Below, in pieces: positions 46,047-56,631 of a stretch of DNA of 64,000 nucleotides. The notes beneath the pieces were generated by a model, which was not told where the DNA came from, ran no database searches, and saw only the letters and a program-made list of their open reading frames with translations. The number at the start of each line of letters is the position of its first letter. Position 1 is the first letter of the stretch. Both the position numbers and the translations under genes were made by a program. Origin of the DNA: Vulcanimicrobiales bacterium (GTDB lineage: Bacteria; Vulcanimicrobiota; Vulcanimicrobiia; Vulcanimicrobiales; Vulcanimicrobiaceae); assembly GCA_038215615.1 (NCBI GenBank), contig JBBQQR010000001.1, positions 64,001-128,000 of the forward strand, in the 5' to 3' direction.

Positions 46047-46802
46047 ATGGATAAAGTAATCGCCACGTGCGCCGAGGCGCTCAAAGATATTCCCAGCGGC
46101 GCTTCGATCGCGGTCGGCGGGTTTGGCCTCAACGGCATTCCGTTTAACCTGATCCAGGCGCTTCTCGAGCAGGGCGCCACCGATCTCGTAACGGTTTCCA
46201 ATAATTGCGGCGTGGACGGTTGGGGGCTCGGTGTGCTGCTCGACGCAAAGCGCATCAAGCGGACGACGGGTTCCTATGTCGGTGAGAATCGCGAGTTCGA
46301 GCGTCAGTATCTTCAAGGCGAATTGGAAGTGGAACTCGTTCCGCAAGGAACGCTCGCCGAACGGCTGCGCGCCGGCGGCTGCGGAATTCCGGGGTTTTAC
46401 ACGCCGGCCGGCGTCGGGACGCAAGTCGCCGAGGGTGGACTGCCGTGGCGGCACAACGCCGACGGAAGCATCGCTAAGGAGTCGCCGAAAAAAGAGACGC
46501 GCACATTCGACGGCGTGGATTACGTTCTCGAACGCGGCATCGTTTGTGATTTCGCGCTCGTTCGCGCGAGCATCGGAGACCGGATGGGGAATCTCATCTT
46601 TTCCGAATCGACGCGAAACTTCAACCCGCTCTGCGCGATGGCCGGCAAAATCACGATTGCTGAAGTCGAAGAATTGGTCGAGCCCGGAGAGATCGACCCG
46701 CAGGACGTTCATCTGCAAGGCATCTTCGTGCAGCGCGTGGTCCGCGTGGGCGCAGAAGGCAAGCGCATCGAGCGCATTACAACGCGAAAGAAGACGCAAT
46801 AA
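46047..46802 (+). CDS. scoA: 3-oxoacid CoA-transferase subunit A
   Basis: [36 protein letters not shown]. Confidence 0.92.
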   Translation: MDKVIATCAEALKDIPSGASIAVGGFGLNGIPFNLIQALLEQGATDLVTVSNNCGVDGWGLGVLLDAKRIKRTTGSYVGENREFERQYLQGELEVELVPQGTLAERLRAGGCGIPGFYTPAGVGTQVAEGGLPWRHNADGSIAKESPKKETRTFDGVDYVLERGIVCDFALVRASIGDRMGNLIFSESTRNFNPLCAMAGKITIAEVEELVEPGEIDPQDVHLQGIFVQRVVRVGAEGKRIERITTRKKTQ

Positions 46803-47473
46803 TGCCTTTAACCCGTACGCAACTCGCGGCCCGTGTCGCGCAAGAATTGCGCGACGGCGAGTATATTAATCTCGGCATCGGCCTGCCGACACTGATCCCC
46901 AACTACCTCCCGCCCGGCGTAACCGTCGTGCTGCAGAGCGAGAACGGGATACTCGGAATGGGTCCCTATCCGTTCGAAGGTGAGGAAGACCCCGATCTCA
47001 TCAACGCGAGCAAAGAAACGGTAACCGTGCTCCCGGGCGCCGCATTTTTCGATTCGGCACTTTCGTTTGGTATGATCCGCGGGGGACACATCGATTTGGC
47101 GGTGCTCGGCGCTATGCAAGTCTCCGAAAAAGGCGACCTTGCGAATTGGATGATTCCCGGAAAGTTGGTTAAGGGGATGGGCGGCGCGATGGATCTTGTA
47201 CACGGCGCCAAGTATCTGATCGTCATGATGGAGCACGTCGCCAAAGGCGGCGCGCACAAGATCGTCAAGGAATGTTCGCTGCCGCTCACCGGTAAGGGCG
47301 TCGTCGACCGGATTATCACCGATATGGCGGTCATCGACGTCGAATCGAAGGGACTGATACTTCGGGAACTCGCGCCCGGCGTCACGATCGATGACGTAAG
47401 AAATGCGACGGGCCCCGAACTGCAAGTGCACGCGGAGCCCACCGTGATGAATATCCCCGTAGGCGTAAATTAG
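46802..47473 (+). CDS. scoB: 3-oxoacid CoA-transferase subunit B
   Basis: [29 protein letters not shown]. Confidence 0.93.
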   Translation: MPLTRTQLAARVAQELRDGEYINLGIGLPTLIPNYLPPGVTVVLQSENGILGMGPYPFEGEEDPDLINASKETVTVLPGAAFFDSALSFGMIRGGHIDLAVLGAMQVSEKGDLANWMIPGKLVKGMGGAMDLVHGAKYLIVMMEHVAKGGAHKIVKECSLPLTGKGVVDRIITDMAVIDVESKGLILRELAPGVTIDDVRNATGPELQVHAEPTVMNIPVGVN

Positions 47474-47540
47474 TTTTTCGAACTTCTGGTGTACTTCGTC
47501 GCTGAATTCGTCGTTGAATTGGTCGTAATCGTGTCGACAG

Positions 47541-49124
47541 CTAGGCTGCTTCGGCTTGGGCAAAGGTCGCGCCCCGCCCTTGTATCCTTGACGCTGCGAA
47601 GACGATCAACGCAAGCGCCTCGCATAGCGCGCATGCAATGCCCGCTACTGCGGCAGGAACGAACGAGCGCGTAATCACGCCGGTGGTTACTGCCGCCGCG
47701 ATCGCCGGAACGGCGAAAACATAGGTTAGAAGGGCTCGCAGCATCGCCAGCGGTCCGCGCTGATCGAGCCCCGACGGTAGGAGCGCATAGAGCGCCAGCC
47801 CGATGCTGCGCAAATACACCGCGATCGCAATGGCAACCGGTATCCCGGCGAGGGCGACCGGATACAATCCGAGCGTTGCCGCGAACGCGATCGTACCTGC
47901 CGCGATACAAACCGACAAACGCCACGACGTCGCCAGCACCCATGCCAACAGGCGCAGCCAAATCGGGTCCGGCCCCATCCACCAAAGCGGTTTGCGGAGA
48001 TCCGCAGCGAGGCCGAAAGATGAAGCGATCGTGATGAAGATGATCACCATGTTGGAGATGCTCGCGGCCATGACAAGCGCTGTTTCCAGCGGATTGCGCG
48101 ATTGTTTTGCAGCGCTGCCGAGAATCGCGCCCACGGCGATACAGCCGGCGAGTCCGATAAAAAACATCCGCTTCGCGCCCGGCGCGCGAGCGAACGCGAT
48201 CCATTCCTTCCATGCGATCGTCCACGCCCCGGACGCACTTTCGAAAAATCTCAATCTCACCGGCCCGCCCAAGCGGTACGCGCGCTCCTCCGTGAGAACG
48301 CCCGGGACCCGGCGGCGGCGCTGGCGGTAAGCCAGAACACGCAGTGACGACGAGTAGAGCTCCGGATAGAGATCGCGCCCGGTGACGAATGACAGTGCAA
48401 GCATCCCCGCGGCGGCGGCGTAAAAAGAACCAATCGCTGCACCGTTGCCGTGAAAGAGCGCGTTGACCGCAAATCCGGCGCCCGACCTTTGAACGCCGGC
48501 GGCCCAACCGGTCAAGCCGGAGTCGAGCAGACTTCCCAGCAGAACGGCAAGCGGCAACAACCCGGCTGCAACAACCGCTGCAGCGAGAGTTTGCGCAACC
48601 CTCGCGCCGGCGATCGCGCGCAACTTTAATACCGGTACCGCGGTGGCCGCGGTAAAGAGCGTCGCGGCGATAATGCTCACGCCTACCACTCCGGTGAGGC
48701 TCACATGCCTGCCCGCGGGAAGCACGAGTGCGTAAAAAAGCACTGCGAGCGCGGTGCGCAAGACAACCGACGCGCAGCGGCGCAGTTGTAGCCACGTTAC
48801 GACCGCGGTTTCCGACAGGTGCGAGCCGCACAAGAAACGGGCATCCGCGGCCGAGGAGAAGACGCCGACAAATCCCGACGCCGCGCCATACATGATAATG
48901 CCCAGCAGCGCGACGAACGCAAACATGATCGCCGATGCGAATGGTTCGGGCACCGTCATTGCAAGCATCGGGGCGCGCGTATGCGCGCGGAAAAAACCCA
49001 TCGTCACAAACCAGCCCGCGATGACGAGATACATGATCGCTCGCCCGGGCTGGCGGAACACGGTCTGCAAGCGGTGCAGAAACTGATGGGAGTCGAGGTA
49101 AGCGAGCGTCAGAAAATCGCTCAC
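47541..49124 (-). CDS. Putative ABC exporter permease (multi-TM)
   Basis: More than 10 TM segments; GTG start overlaps the ABC ATPase stop. Confidence 0.8.
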   Translation of the reverse strand: MSDFLTLAYLDSHQFLHRLQTVFRQPGRAIMYLVIAGWFVTMGFFRAHTRAPMLAMTVPEPFASAIMFAFVALLGIIMYGAASGFVGVFSSAADARFLCGSHLSETAVVTWLQLRRCASVVLRTALAVLFYALVLPAGRHVSLTGVVGVSIIAATLFTAATAVPVLKLRAIAGARVAQTLAAAVVAAGLLPLAVLLGSLLDSGLTGWAAGVQRSGAGFAVNALFHGNGAAIGSFYAAAAGMLALSFVTGRDLYPELYSSSLRVLAYRQRRRRVPGVLTEERAYRLGGPVRLRFFESASGAWTIAWKEWIAFARAPGAKRMFFIGLAGCIAVGAILGSAAKQSRNPLETALVMAASISNMVIIFITIASSFGLAADLRKPLWWMGPDPIWLRLLAWVLATSWRLSVCIAAGTIAFAATLGLYPVALAGIPVAIAIAVYLRSIGLALYALLPSGLDQRGPLAMLRALLTYVFAVPAIAAAVTTGVITRSFVPAAVAGIACALCEALALIVFAASRIQGRGATFAQAEAA

Positions 49125-49831
49125 TGCGTCAATTCCAAGAACAGATCTTCGGCCGTGCCGTGGGTCGCCGAGCGCGCTTGCAGATCTTCGAACGTCCCGG
49201 AGGCGACGATGCGGCCGTTCTTCAAAATAACGACGCGATCGCAAATCGTCTGCGCCTGCTCGAGCATGTGGGTGCTCATGACGATCGCGGTGCCGCTTGC
49301 GCGCAGATCTTTTATGATCGCTCGCAGTTCGCGCTGGCCAAGCGGGTCGAGTCCGACCATCGGTTCGTCGAACAGGATGACCGGCGAGGCTGCGAGCACC
49401 GTTGCCGCGACTAGGGTTTTTTGCCGCATGCCTTTCGAGAGCGCGGTTCCCAGCGTGTCGCGCTGCGGACTCATTCCGAACCGTTCGAGCAGATCGTTCG
49501 CGCGCGTTTCCCAACCCGCGGGAAGGCGGCAGCTCTTCGCGACGAAGACCAGATGCTCCCAAACAGTGAGCATCGGGTAGACATCGGGCGTTTCCGAAAT
49601 CAGCGCGATGTTTTGGCCGCGCTTGGATCCCAGCTCGCGTCCATCCCAAGAGAAGGTCCCGGCGTCGGGGCGGAGCAGTCCCGCCGCGCACAAGAACGTG
49701 GTGCTTTTTCCGGCGCCATTTGGCCCGAGCAATCCGACGATCTCGCCGCCGCTGACGTTGAACGAAACGTCATCGACCGCGACCGTGCGGCCGTAGGTCT
49801 TGCGCAGGCCTGCGATCGCCAGCTGCGGCAT
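49121..49831 (-). CDS. ABC transporter ATP-binding protein
   Basis: GPNGAGKST, LSKGMRQK, FDEP, STH. Confidence 0.95.
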   Translation of the reverse strand: MPQLAIAGLRKTYGRTVAVDDVSFNVSGGEIVGLLGPNGAGKSTTFLCAAGLLRPDAGTFSWDGRELGSKRGQNIALISETPDVYPMLTVWEHLVFVAKSCRLPAGWETRANDLLERFGMSPQRDTLGTALSKGMRQKTLVAATVLAASPVILFDEPMVGLDPLGQRELRAIIKDLRASGTAIVMSTHMLEQAQTICDRVVILKNGRIVASGTFEDLQARSATHGTAEDLFLELTQ

Positions 49832-51639
49832 CAGGTCGCGATCCTCGTTTCGTCACGGAATTGTTTATTGTACAGACGTGAATACGGACCGTTGCGGGCG
49901 AGCAGCACGGCGTGCGTTCCGCTTTCAACGACACGCCCGTTTTCGACGACAAATATCACGTCGGCGCTGATGATCGTCGAGAGGCGGTGAGCGATGACTA
50001 AGCTCGTGCGCCCGCGCATCAGCGGGACGAGCGCATCTTGGATCGCTGCCTCGCTGTGTGAGTCGAGCGAACTGGTCGCTTCATCCAGGATGAGGATCCG
50101 CGGATTTTTCAACAAGACGCGCGCGATCGCCAGGCGCTGACGCTCGCCGCCGGAGAGTTTGTGTCCGCGCTCGCCCACGACGGTCCGATCGCCTTCGGGC
50201 AGCGACGTGACGAAATCGTCGATATTGGCAGCGCGCGCAGCCGCGCGCAACTCGTCTTCGGTCGCATCGGGCTTGGCGTAGCGAAGATTGTTCGCAATCG
50301 TGTCGTGGAAAAGATAGGTTTCCTGCGTTACAATGCCGATGTCGCGGCGCAGCGATTCCAGCGTCAGCGTTCGCACGTCGTGCCCGTCGATTAAGACTCG
50401 GCCGCCTTGCGGATCGTAGAAGCGAGGAACGAGCTGGGTAATTGTCGTTTTGCCGGCTCCCGAAGGCCCGACGAAAGCGGCGACTTGACCAGGTTCCACC
50501 GTAAAGCTCACGCCGTTTAACGCCGTGCGGTCGTTGCCGTATGAGAACGTCACGTCGTCGAAGCAAATCTCGCCGCGCGCGGTTTCCAACGTAGAGGCGC
50601 CGTCAGGATCGTACTGCTCAGGCGTCATATCGAGGTATCCAAAAATGCGCTCGAAGACCGCGAGCGCGCTCACGATCTGCACTTGAATGCCGGCCAGCGT
50701 CGCGCCCGGTCCGTAAAGCCTGAATTGAATATACTGGACGAATGCGACGACAACGCCGACGTCAATCGCGCCTCTGAGCGCGAGCCATCCTCCGCCGAAC
50801 CACACGATGGCCGGCCCGACCGTCACCATGGCGCCGATGCTCGCGATGAACCACCGTCCCACCATCGCTAACCGGATCTCTAGATTCATCAAATCTGAAC
50901 CGACGCGATAGAAACGGTCGCGCTCGAACGCTTCGCGTGCAAACGACTTGATGAGCGTGATGCCCGAGATCGAGAGTGTTTCTTGCGTGATGGATTCGAT
51001 CTCATCACGTTTCTCGCGCGTCAGACGCCGGACGTTGTACATTCTTCGCCCGACGGGCGCGAGCGGCAATACCATCAGCGGCACGATGATAATGGAGAGC
51101 AGTGCCAAGCGCCAGTTCCACAGAAACATCCAGACGACGGTTGTCGCGATGGTCACGACGTTGGTCACGATCGATGTGAGCGTGCCGGTCACCACGTTGT
51201 CGATGTTGTCGACATCGTTGGAGACGCGGTTCATTATTTCGCCCGTTTTGGTTCCCGTGAAAAATGACAACGGCATCTTGTGCAGATGCGAGACGAGGCT
51301 GGTGCGCATGTCTCGCATGATGCCTTCACCGACGATCGAATTTAAGTAACCTTGAACCACGCCGAATGCGATCGTCACGAGTGCGGAGCCGATGATGACG
51401 GCGACGTCGATGCCAAGTTCACGCAAGCTGCGGCGTGGAATTGCGTTGTCGATAATTCGCGCGACCATGACCGCGGGGATGAGCCCGAGAAGCGCTGCGA
51501 TGACAATGCAAAAGAGAACCGTGGCTTCCGCGCGCCAATAGGGCAAGAAAAATGCGCCGATACGGCGCCAATTGACGCGCAGGTGCATCTTCGGCTTTTC
51601 GCCATACATGTTGCCCCACATGAGATGTCCGCCGAACAT
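49831..51639 (-). CDS. ABC transporter, fused permease/ATPase (MsbA/Sav1866-type)
   Basis: N-terminal TMD, GPSGAGKT, LSGGERQR, LDEATS, IAHRL. Confidence 0.95.
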   Translation of the reverse strand: MFGGHLMWGNMYGEKPKMHLRVNWRRIGAFFLPYWRAEATVLFCIVIAALLGLIPAVMVARIIDNAIPRRSLRELGIDVAVIIGSALVTIAFGVVQGYLNSIVGEGIMRDMRTSLVSHLHKMPLSFFTGTKTGEIMNRVSNDVDNIDNVVTGTLTSIVTNVVTIATTVVWMFLWNWRLALLSIIIVPLMVLPLAPVGRRMYNVRRLTREKRDEIESITQETLSISGITLIKSFAREAFERDRFYRVGSDLMNLEIRLAMVGRWFIASIGAMVTVGPAIVWFGGGWLALRGAIDVGVVVAFVQYIQFRLYGPGATLAGIQVQIVSALAVFERIFGYLDMTPEQYDPDGASTLETARGEICFDDVTFSYGNDRTALNGVSFTVEPGQVAAFVGPSGAGKTTITQLVPRFYDPQGGRVLIDGHDVRTLTLESLRRDIGIVTQETYLFHDTIANNLRYAKPDATEDELRAAARAANIDDFVTSLPEGDRTVVGERGHKLSGGERQRLAIARVLLKNPRILILDEATSSLDSHSEAAIQDALVPLMRGRTSLVIAHRLSTIISADVIFVVENGRVVESGTHAVLLARNGPYSRLYNKQFRDETRIAT

Positions 51640-51640
51640 C

Positions 51641-52660
51641 TTATTTCTTGCCGTTGCGGATTGAAGCGAGTTCCTTGAAGAGTTTTTTCTCTTTGTCGGA
51701 AAGATTGGCCGGCAACTGTCCGATAAGCCGGACGTATTGATCGCCAGCGCCGCCGTCGCGCACTTTCGGCATCCCTTTTCCGCTCAAGCGTAAGAGCCGG
51801 TGGCTTTGCGTGCCGGGGGGAATCGTCATCGCGACCTGCCCTGCCATCGTGGGGACCTTCACTTCGCCGCCCAGTGCGAGATCGTAAACGCTGACCGGCA
51901 TGTCGACGTAGAGGTCGTCGCCTTTGCGCTTATATGTCGGATCATCGGCCAATGTGACGATCAGGTACAGCTCGCCGTTAGGACCTCCACCGATTCCGCC
52001 GCCGCCCTGACCGGCCAAACGTATGCGTTGTCCTGCGCGGATGCCGCGCGGTACCGTCACTTCGAATTTTTTCGTCGTGAGCAGCCGGCCCGTGCCGTGG
52101 CATTGCGGACAGAGTGTGCCGCGCTCCGTGCCCGTTCCGCGACAGCGTGGACAGACGTCTTCGAGCTGCAGTGAGATCGATTTCTTTCCGCCGTCGTAAA
52201 TGTCGCGCAGCGAAAGTTCGATCGTCGTTTCGAGATCTTGGCCGCGCTGCGCGAAGCCCGTGCTTTGCGCGGTGGTGCGCCGGCCGACGCCCGAGAAAAA
52301 CATATCGAAGAAGTCTGAAAAGCCGCTAGGCCCCGCGCCCGGCGAAGCTCCGCCGAAGTCGCCGAAATCGTATTGAAACGTCTCGCTTTGCGCATTGCGG
52401 TAGCGGCGCTGCTGTTCGGCTTGGCCGGCAGCCTCTTTCCAGTTGCTGCCGAGCACGTCGTACTTGCGGCGCTTGTCGGAGTCGCCTAAAACCTCATAGG
52501 CTTCTTGGAGGTCTTTGAATTTTTCTTCGGCTTCTTTTTGATTGTTGGGGTTGGCGTCGGGATGCCACTTTTTTGCGAGCTTACGGTACGCCGATTTGAT
52601 GTCTTTTTCGGCCGCGTTTTTGGGAACGCCAAGGATCTGGTAATAATCCTTGTAGTTCAT
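51641..52660 (-). CDS. dnaJ: DnaJ/CbpA-family co-chaperone
   Basis: [13 protein letters not shown]-rich region, only two CxxCxGxG motifs. Confidence 0.88.
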   Translation of the reverse strand: MNYKDYYQILGVPKNAAEKDIKSAYRKLAKKWHPDANPNNQKEAEEKFKDLQEAYEVLGDSDKRRKYDVLGSNWKEAAGQAEQQRRYRNAQSETFQYDFGDFGGASPGAGPSGFSDFFDMFFSGVGRRTTAQSTGFAQRGQDLETTIELSLRDIYDGGKKSISLQLEDVCPRCRGTGTERGTLCPQCHGTGRLLTTKKFEVTVPRGIRAGQRIRLAGQGGGGIGGGPNGELYLIVTLADDPTYKRKGDDLYVDMPVSVYDLALGGEVKVPTMAGQVAMTIPPGTQSHRLLRLSGKGMPKVRDGGAGDQYVRLIGQLPANLSDKEKKLFKELASIRNGKK

Positions 52661-53187
52661 TCAGCTTTGGAAACGACGACTTTAGCGGGGCGCAAGAGCT
52701 CCTCGCCTATGGTGTATCCTTTTTGCGCTTCCTCGAGCACGACGCCGTCGCCGTCGGCCGAAGGCTGGGTCGCGATCGCTTCGGCGAACGCGGGATCGAA
52801 CTGCGTGCCCTTGACGCTAAGCGCCTTCACGCCTTGCGATGCGAGCAGCGCTTCAAAACCCTTAAGTGTTTGCGAAACGCCTTCGCGCAGCGGGCCGCTC
52901 TCGGCGCCTTCATACGAAAGCGCACGCTCCAAATTGTCGATCACCGGTAGTAAGCTCTTGAGAAGATCGCGACGCTTGTGCTCGGCGATATCGCGGTTGT
53001 GCCGCTCGCTGCGTTTCTTGTAGTTTTCGAAGTCCGCCATCGCCAGCAGCAGTTTATTATAGTTTTCGTCGGCGCGCGTAACGGCGGCCGCGAGCTGAGT
53101 CTCCAAATCCGGCGTCTCGGCCGCGGAAGCTTCGATCTCGTCCGACGCAGGCACGTCGGCTTGCGTTGTTACTACATCGTCGTTCAT
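52657..53187 (-). CDS. grpE: Nucleotide exchange factor GrpE
   Basis: [27 protein letters not shown]...LRPAKV. Confidence 0.95.
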   Translation of the reverse strand: MNDDVVTTQADVPASDEIEASAAETPDLETQLAAAVTRADENYNKLLLAMADFENYKKRSERHNRDIAEHKRRDLLKSLLPVIDNLERALSYEGAESGPLREGVSQTLKGFEALLASQGVKALSVKGTQFDPAFAEAIATQPSADGDGVVLEEAQKGYTIGEELLRPAKVVVSKAE

Positions 53188-53209
53188 ATCTGCAATTCAA
53201 GCAATCTTG

Positions 53210-53290
53210 TAAGTCTTTAGCGCGCCTGTACTCCGCCCGGGCGACAGCGTATGTTTAGTCGCCCGGAGGGAGCACAGCCCGCTAGACTTA
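53210..53290 (-). other. Long imperfect stem-loop between dnaK and grpE
   Basis: Nested arms TAAGTC/GACTTA, TAGCG/CGCTA, CTGTGCTCC/GGAGTACAG, CCGGGCGAC/GTCGCCCGG. Confidence 0.75.
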
Positions 53291-55135
53291 CTTGGATTCC
53301 TTAAACTCCGCGTCGATGACGTCTTCGGAAGGCTTGGGAGCCTCGGCTTCGCCCTCGGCTTGTCCGTTCGACGCGCCGTTACCGGAGGGCGCGCCTTCCG
53401 GCGCGGCCTTCTGGTAAAGCAGCTCTGCCATCTTATAGCTGGCTGCTTGGAGCTTGTCGACCGCAGGCTTGATCTCGGCGGCCGTGCCGTTCTCGCTGAC
53501 CTTCTTGAGCTCGGCGAGCGCCGTTTCAACTTCGCCGCGCGCGCCCTCTTCGAGCTTCTCGCCGACTTCTTTAAGCGATTTCTCGGTTGAGTAGATCAGG
53601 CTCGATGCTTGGTTGCGGATCTCCGCCTCCTCGCGTTTTGCCTGATCGCTTGCCGCAGAAGCTTCCGCATCGCGAACCATCTGGTCGACTTCCTCTTTGC
53701 TGAGATTGCTTGAAGAAGTGATCGTGATCTGCTGTTCCTTGCCGGTTCCCAGATCTTTTGCGCTCACGTTCACGATGCCGTTGGCGTCGATGTTGAACGT
53801 CACTTCAATCTGCGGAACGCCGCGCGGAGCCGGTGGAATGCCTTCCAAACGGAAGCGTCCCATCGTGCGGTTGTCGGTGGCCATCGGACGTTCGCCCTGC
53901 AGGACGTGAATGTCCACAGAGGTTTGACCGTCGTCGGCCGTCGTGAAGATTTGCGATTTCTTCGTCGGGATCGTGGTGTTGCGTTCAATGAGCTTCGTCA
54001 TCACGCCGCCGAGGGTTTCTAATCCCAGCGAAAGGGGCGTCACGTCGAGCAACACGACGTTGCTGACTTCACCGGCAAGTACGCCGGCTTGAATCGCCGC
54101 GCCGACCGCGACGACTTCGTCGGGGTTGACGGTGAGGTTCGGATCCTTGCCGGTAAGCTTGCGCACGAGTTCCTGAATGACCGGCATGCGCGTGGCACCG
54201 CCAACCATGATGACCTCGTTGATTTGCGAGACGTCGAGCTTCGCATCGGCGATCGCATTCTTGAAGGGCTGCACGCAGCGGTCGGTGAGGTCGGTCGTGA
54301 GCTCTTCGAATTTGGCGCGCGTCAGCGTGAAGTCCAAGTGTTTGGGACCATTTTGATCGGCCGTGATGAACGGCAGATTGATGGTCGTCTGCACGACGGA
54401 ACTCAACTCGACCTTGGCTTTTTCGGCCGCTTCGGTCAGGCGCTGCATCGCTTGCTTGTCGCCGGACAGATCGAGGCCTTGTTCTTTGCGGAACTCGCCG
54501 ACCAGCCAGTCGACCATGCGTTGATCGTAATCGTCGCCGCCCAAATGTGTGTCGCCGTTGGTGGCTTTGACTTCGAAGACGCCTTCGCCAACGTCGAGGA
54601 CGGAAACGTCGAACGTTCCGCCGCCGAGATCCCACACGAGGATCGTTTCGTTGCCTTTTTTCTCCAGGCCGTAGGCGAGTGCGGCGGCCGTCGGCTCGTT
54701 GATGATGCGCAGCACTTCGAGGCCGGCGATCTTGCCGGCGTCCTTGGTCGCTTGGCGCTGCGCGTCGTTGAAGTATGCCGGAACGGTGATGACCGCTTTG
54801 GTCACGCGTTCGCCGAGATAATTGCTCGCGTCGTTGACGAGCTTCTGCAGAATCATCGCCGAAATCTCTTGCGGCGTGTAATCTTTACCGTCGATTTTTA
54901 CGGCGAAATCGGTGCCCATGTGCCGCTTGATCGAAGAGATCGTGCGGTCCGGGTTCGTAATCGCTTGCCGTTTCGCGAGTTGCCCCACGAGACGCTCGCC
55001 GGTTTTTGTGAATGCGACGACGGAAGGCGTAGTGCGCGATCCTTCGGCGTTCGGGATAACTGTGGGCTGCGAGCCCTCCATAACGGCGACGACCGAGTTG
55101 GTCGTGCCGAGGTCGATACCGACCACTTTTGCCAT
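53288..55135 (-). CDS. dnaK: Chaperone DnaK
   Basis: [40 protein letters not shown]. Confidence 0.99.
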   Translation of the reverse strand: MAKVVGIDLGTTNSVVAVMEGSQPTVIPNAEGSRTTPSVVAFTKTGERLVGQLAKRQAITNPDRTISSIKRHMGTDFAVKIDGKDYTPQEISAMILQKLVNDASNYLGERVTKAVITVPAYFNDAQRQATKDAGKIAGLEVLRIINEPTAAALAYGLEKKGNETILVWDLGGGTFDVSVLDVGEGVFEVKATNGDTHLGGDDYDQRMVDWLVGEFRKEQGLDLSGDKQAMQRLTEAAEKAKVELSSVVQTTINLPFITADQNGPKHLDFTLTRAKFEELTTDLTDRCVQPFKNAIADAKLDVSQINEVIMVGGATRMPVIQELVRKLTGKDPNLTVNPDEVVAVGAAIQAGVLAGEVSNVVLLDVTPLSLGLETLGGVMTKLIERNTTIPTKKSQIFTTADDGQTSVDIHVLQGERPMATDNRTMGRFRLEGIPPAPRGVPQIEVTFNIDANGIVNVSAKDLGTGKEQQITITSSSNLSKEEVDQMVRDAEASAASDQAKREEAEIRNQASSLIYSTEKSLKEVGEKLEEGARGEVETALAELKKVSENGTAAEIKPAVDKLQAASYKMAELLYQKAAPEGAPSGNGASNGQAEGEAEAPKPSEDVIDAEFKESK

Positions 55136-55236
55136 ACTAAAATTACCTTTCCGAGCCCTGGACCAGCTTTCGCAGGCGTAAAAGAACGCTCGCTGAGCCT
55201 TGCCACTTATGGGCTACAAGGACGACAGGGGTACCG

Positions 55237-55242
55237 ATTATA
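55237..55242 (-). promoter_or_regulatory. -10 box of dnaK promoter
   Basis: TATAAT on minus strand about 100 nt upstream of the dnaK ATG. Confidence 0.55.
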
Positions 55243-55314
55243 GTACGCCACCGGTCCCGTCCTGTTCCACTACGTTAAACAATTTGATGGCGACCCGGGT
55301 TGCAGGGCTTTCCT

Positions 55315-56547
55315 CTAGGGTTGTTGCTGATCGGGCGGCTGCTGGTCGCCCTGTTGTCCGAGGTCGGGCTTTGCGCCGAGCGTAACCTGGGCCAGGCGCT
55401 TGGAACCTTGCGACCAGATCTCTATGCTCACGTGGTCGCCCGGACGCAGCTTCGCGATGGCGGTTGAAAGCGCGCCGGGGTCATTGTAGTCCTTACCGTT
55501 TAGCTTAAGCACGACGTCGCCGGGCTGGATGCCCGCCGAATCGGCCGGGGAACCACTGACGACCTGGATAACAGCGACGCCGCCCTGTCCCTTATAGTTC
55601 GTTTGGTTGCGGAATCCCGAACTGACCGACTGCAGCTGAACGCCCATAAAGGCTTCGGCCGGCGGCTGGGTGATGCCGGGATGTGCGATCATCTGATCGA
55701 CGACGCGCTTGACCGTGTTGGACGGAATCGCGAAGCCGATGCCTTGCGCGCGTCCGCCCAGCGTCGACTGGTTGACGCCGATGACGTTACCGCTCATGTC
55801 GATCAGCGGGCCGCCGGAGTTGCCGAAGTTGATCGGCGCCGACGTCTGAAGCAAACCCTTAAACGTCATCGACTGTCCGCTTTCGGTTTGAATCGGTTCG
55901 CTGCGGTCGAAGGCGGAAACCACGCCGACCGTTACGCTTTGCTGCAGCTCGTAGGGTTCGCCGATGGCGATGGCCCATTGACCCTGCTCGAGTTTGTCGG
56001 AGTCGGCGAGTACGAGCGCAGCGGGTAGATGATGTCCGTCGGTTACTTTGAGAAGCGCGAGATCGGCGCCGACGTTGGCGGCGACCAGCCGGGCGGGCGC
56101 TTTTTCACCGTTCGGAAAGACGATTGTGATCGACGTGGTCTGCGCGCCGGGTATTGGGCGCACCACGTGCGCGTTTGTTACGATGTAGCCCTGCGATCCG
56201 TAGACGAAGCCCGAGCCCGAATCTTTCGCGCTGTAGGGCTGAAGCACGCCCGGCCCTTGCTGTCCGAAGAACTGCTGCATGATAGGGTCGACCGGAATAT
56301 ACTGTCGGCCGTTGACCGAAACGTCGATGGCCACCACCGAAGGTTTGACGCGCTTGACGGCGCTGATGATGCGCTCTTGGTCGCTGCCACTATTCGAAAG
56401 GGGCGCGGCGGCCGCGGCCGGCGGATCGTGCGGCGGACCTGAGACCGCGACGAAATGCGTGCTGGCGTACAGCATCATCAGGAAAGAACCGATGACGGCG
56501 CCGGTCAGCGCGATAATCGCAGCCGGCAAAATGCGTTGTCTCAACAT
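55315..56547 (-). CDS. htrA: HtrA/DegP-type serine protease with PDZ domain
   Basis: N-terminal TM, GSGF, TNAHVV, DLAL, INFGNSGGPL, PDZ. Confidence 0.92.
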   Translation of the reverse strand: MLRQRILPAAIIALTGAVIGSFLMMLYASTHFVAVSGPPHDPPAAAAAPLSNSGSDQERIISAVKRVKPSVVAIDVSVNGRQYIPVDPIMQQFFGQQGPGVLQPYSAKDSGSGFVYGSQGYIVTNAHVVRPIPGAQTTSITIVFPNGEKAPARLVAANVGADLALLKVTDGHHLPAALVLADSDKLEQGQWAIAIGEPYELQQSVTVGVVSAFDRSEPIQTESGQSMTFKGLLQTSAPINFGNSGGPLIDMSGNVIGVNQSTLGGRAQGIGFAIPSNTVKRVVDQMIAHPGITQPPAEAFMGVQLQSVSSGFRNQTNYKGQGGVAVIQVVSGSPADSAGIQPGDVVLKLNGKDYNDPGALSTAIAKLRPGDHVSIEIWSQGSKRLAQVTLGAKPDLGQQGDQQPPDQQQP

Positions 56548-56631
56548 ATATCCTTCAACGTTACGCGAGGGAGAGAGTCTTTGCCTAACCTACCTCGCAG
56601 CCGCCTAAAGGTTGCTGAGCGAGATTAAAGA

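Noticed and set aside
54089..55243. 384-aa ORF antisense to dnaK, and other long antisense ORFs (548-2137, 36359-38131, 57095-58591)
   Set aside because: Shadow ORFs caused by high-GC codon bias opposite well-conserved genes; no recognisable motifs
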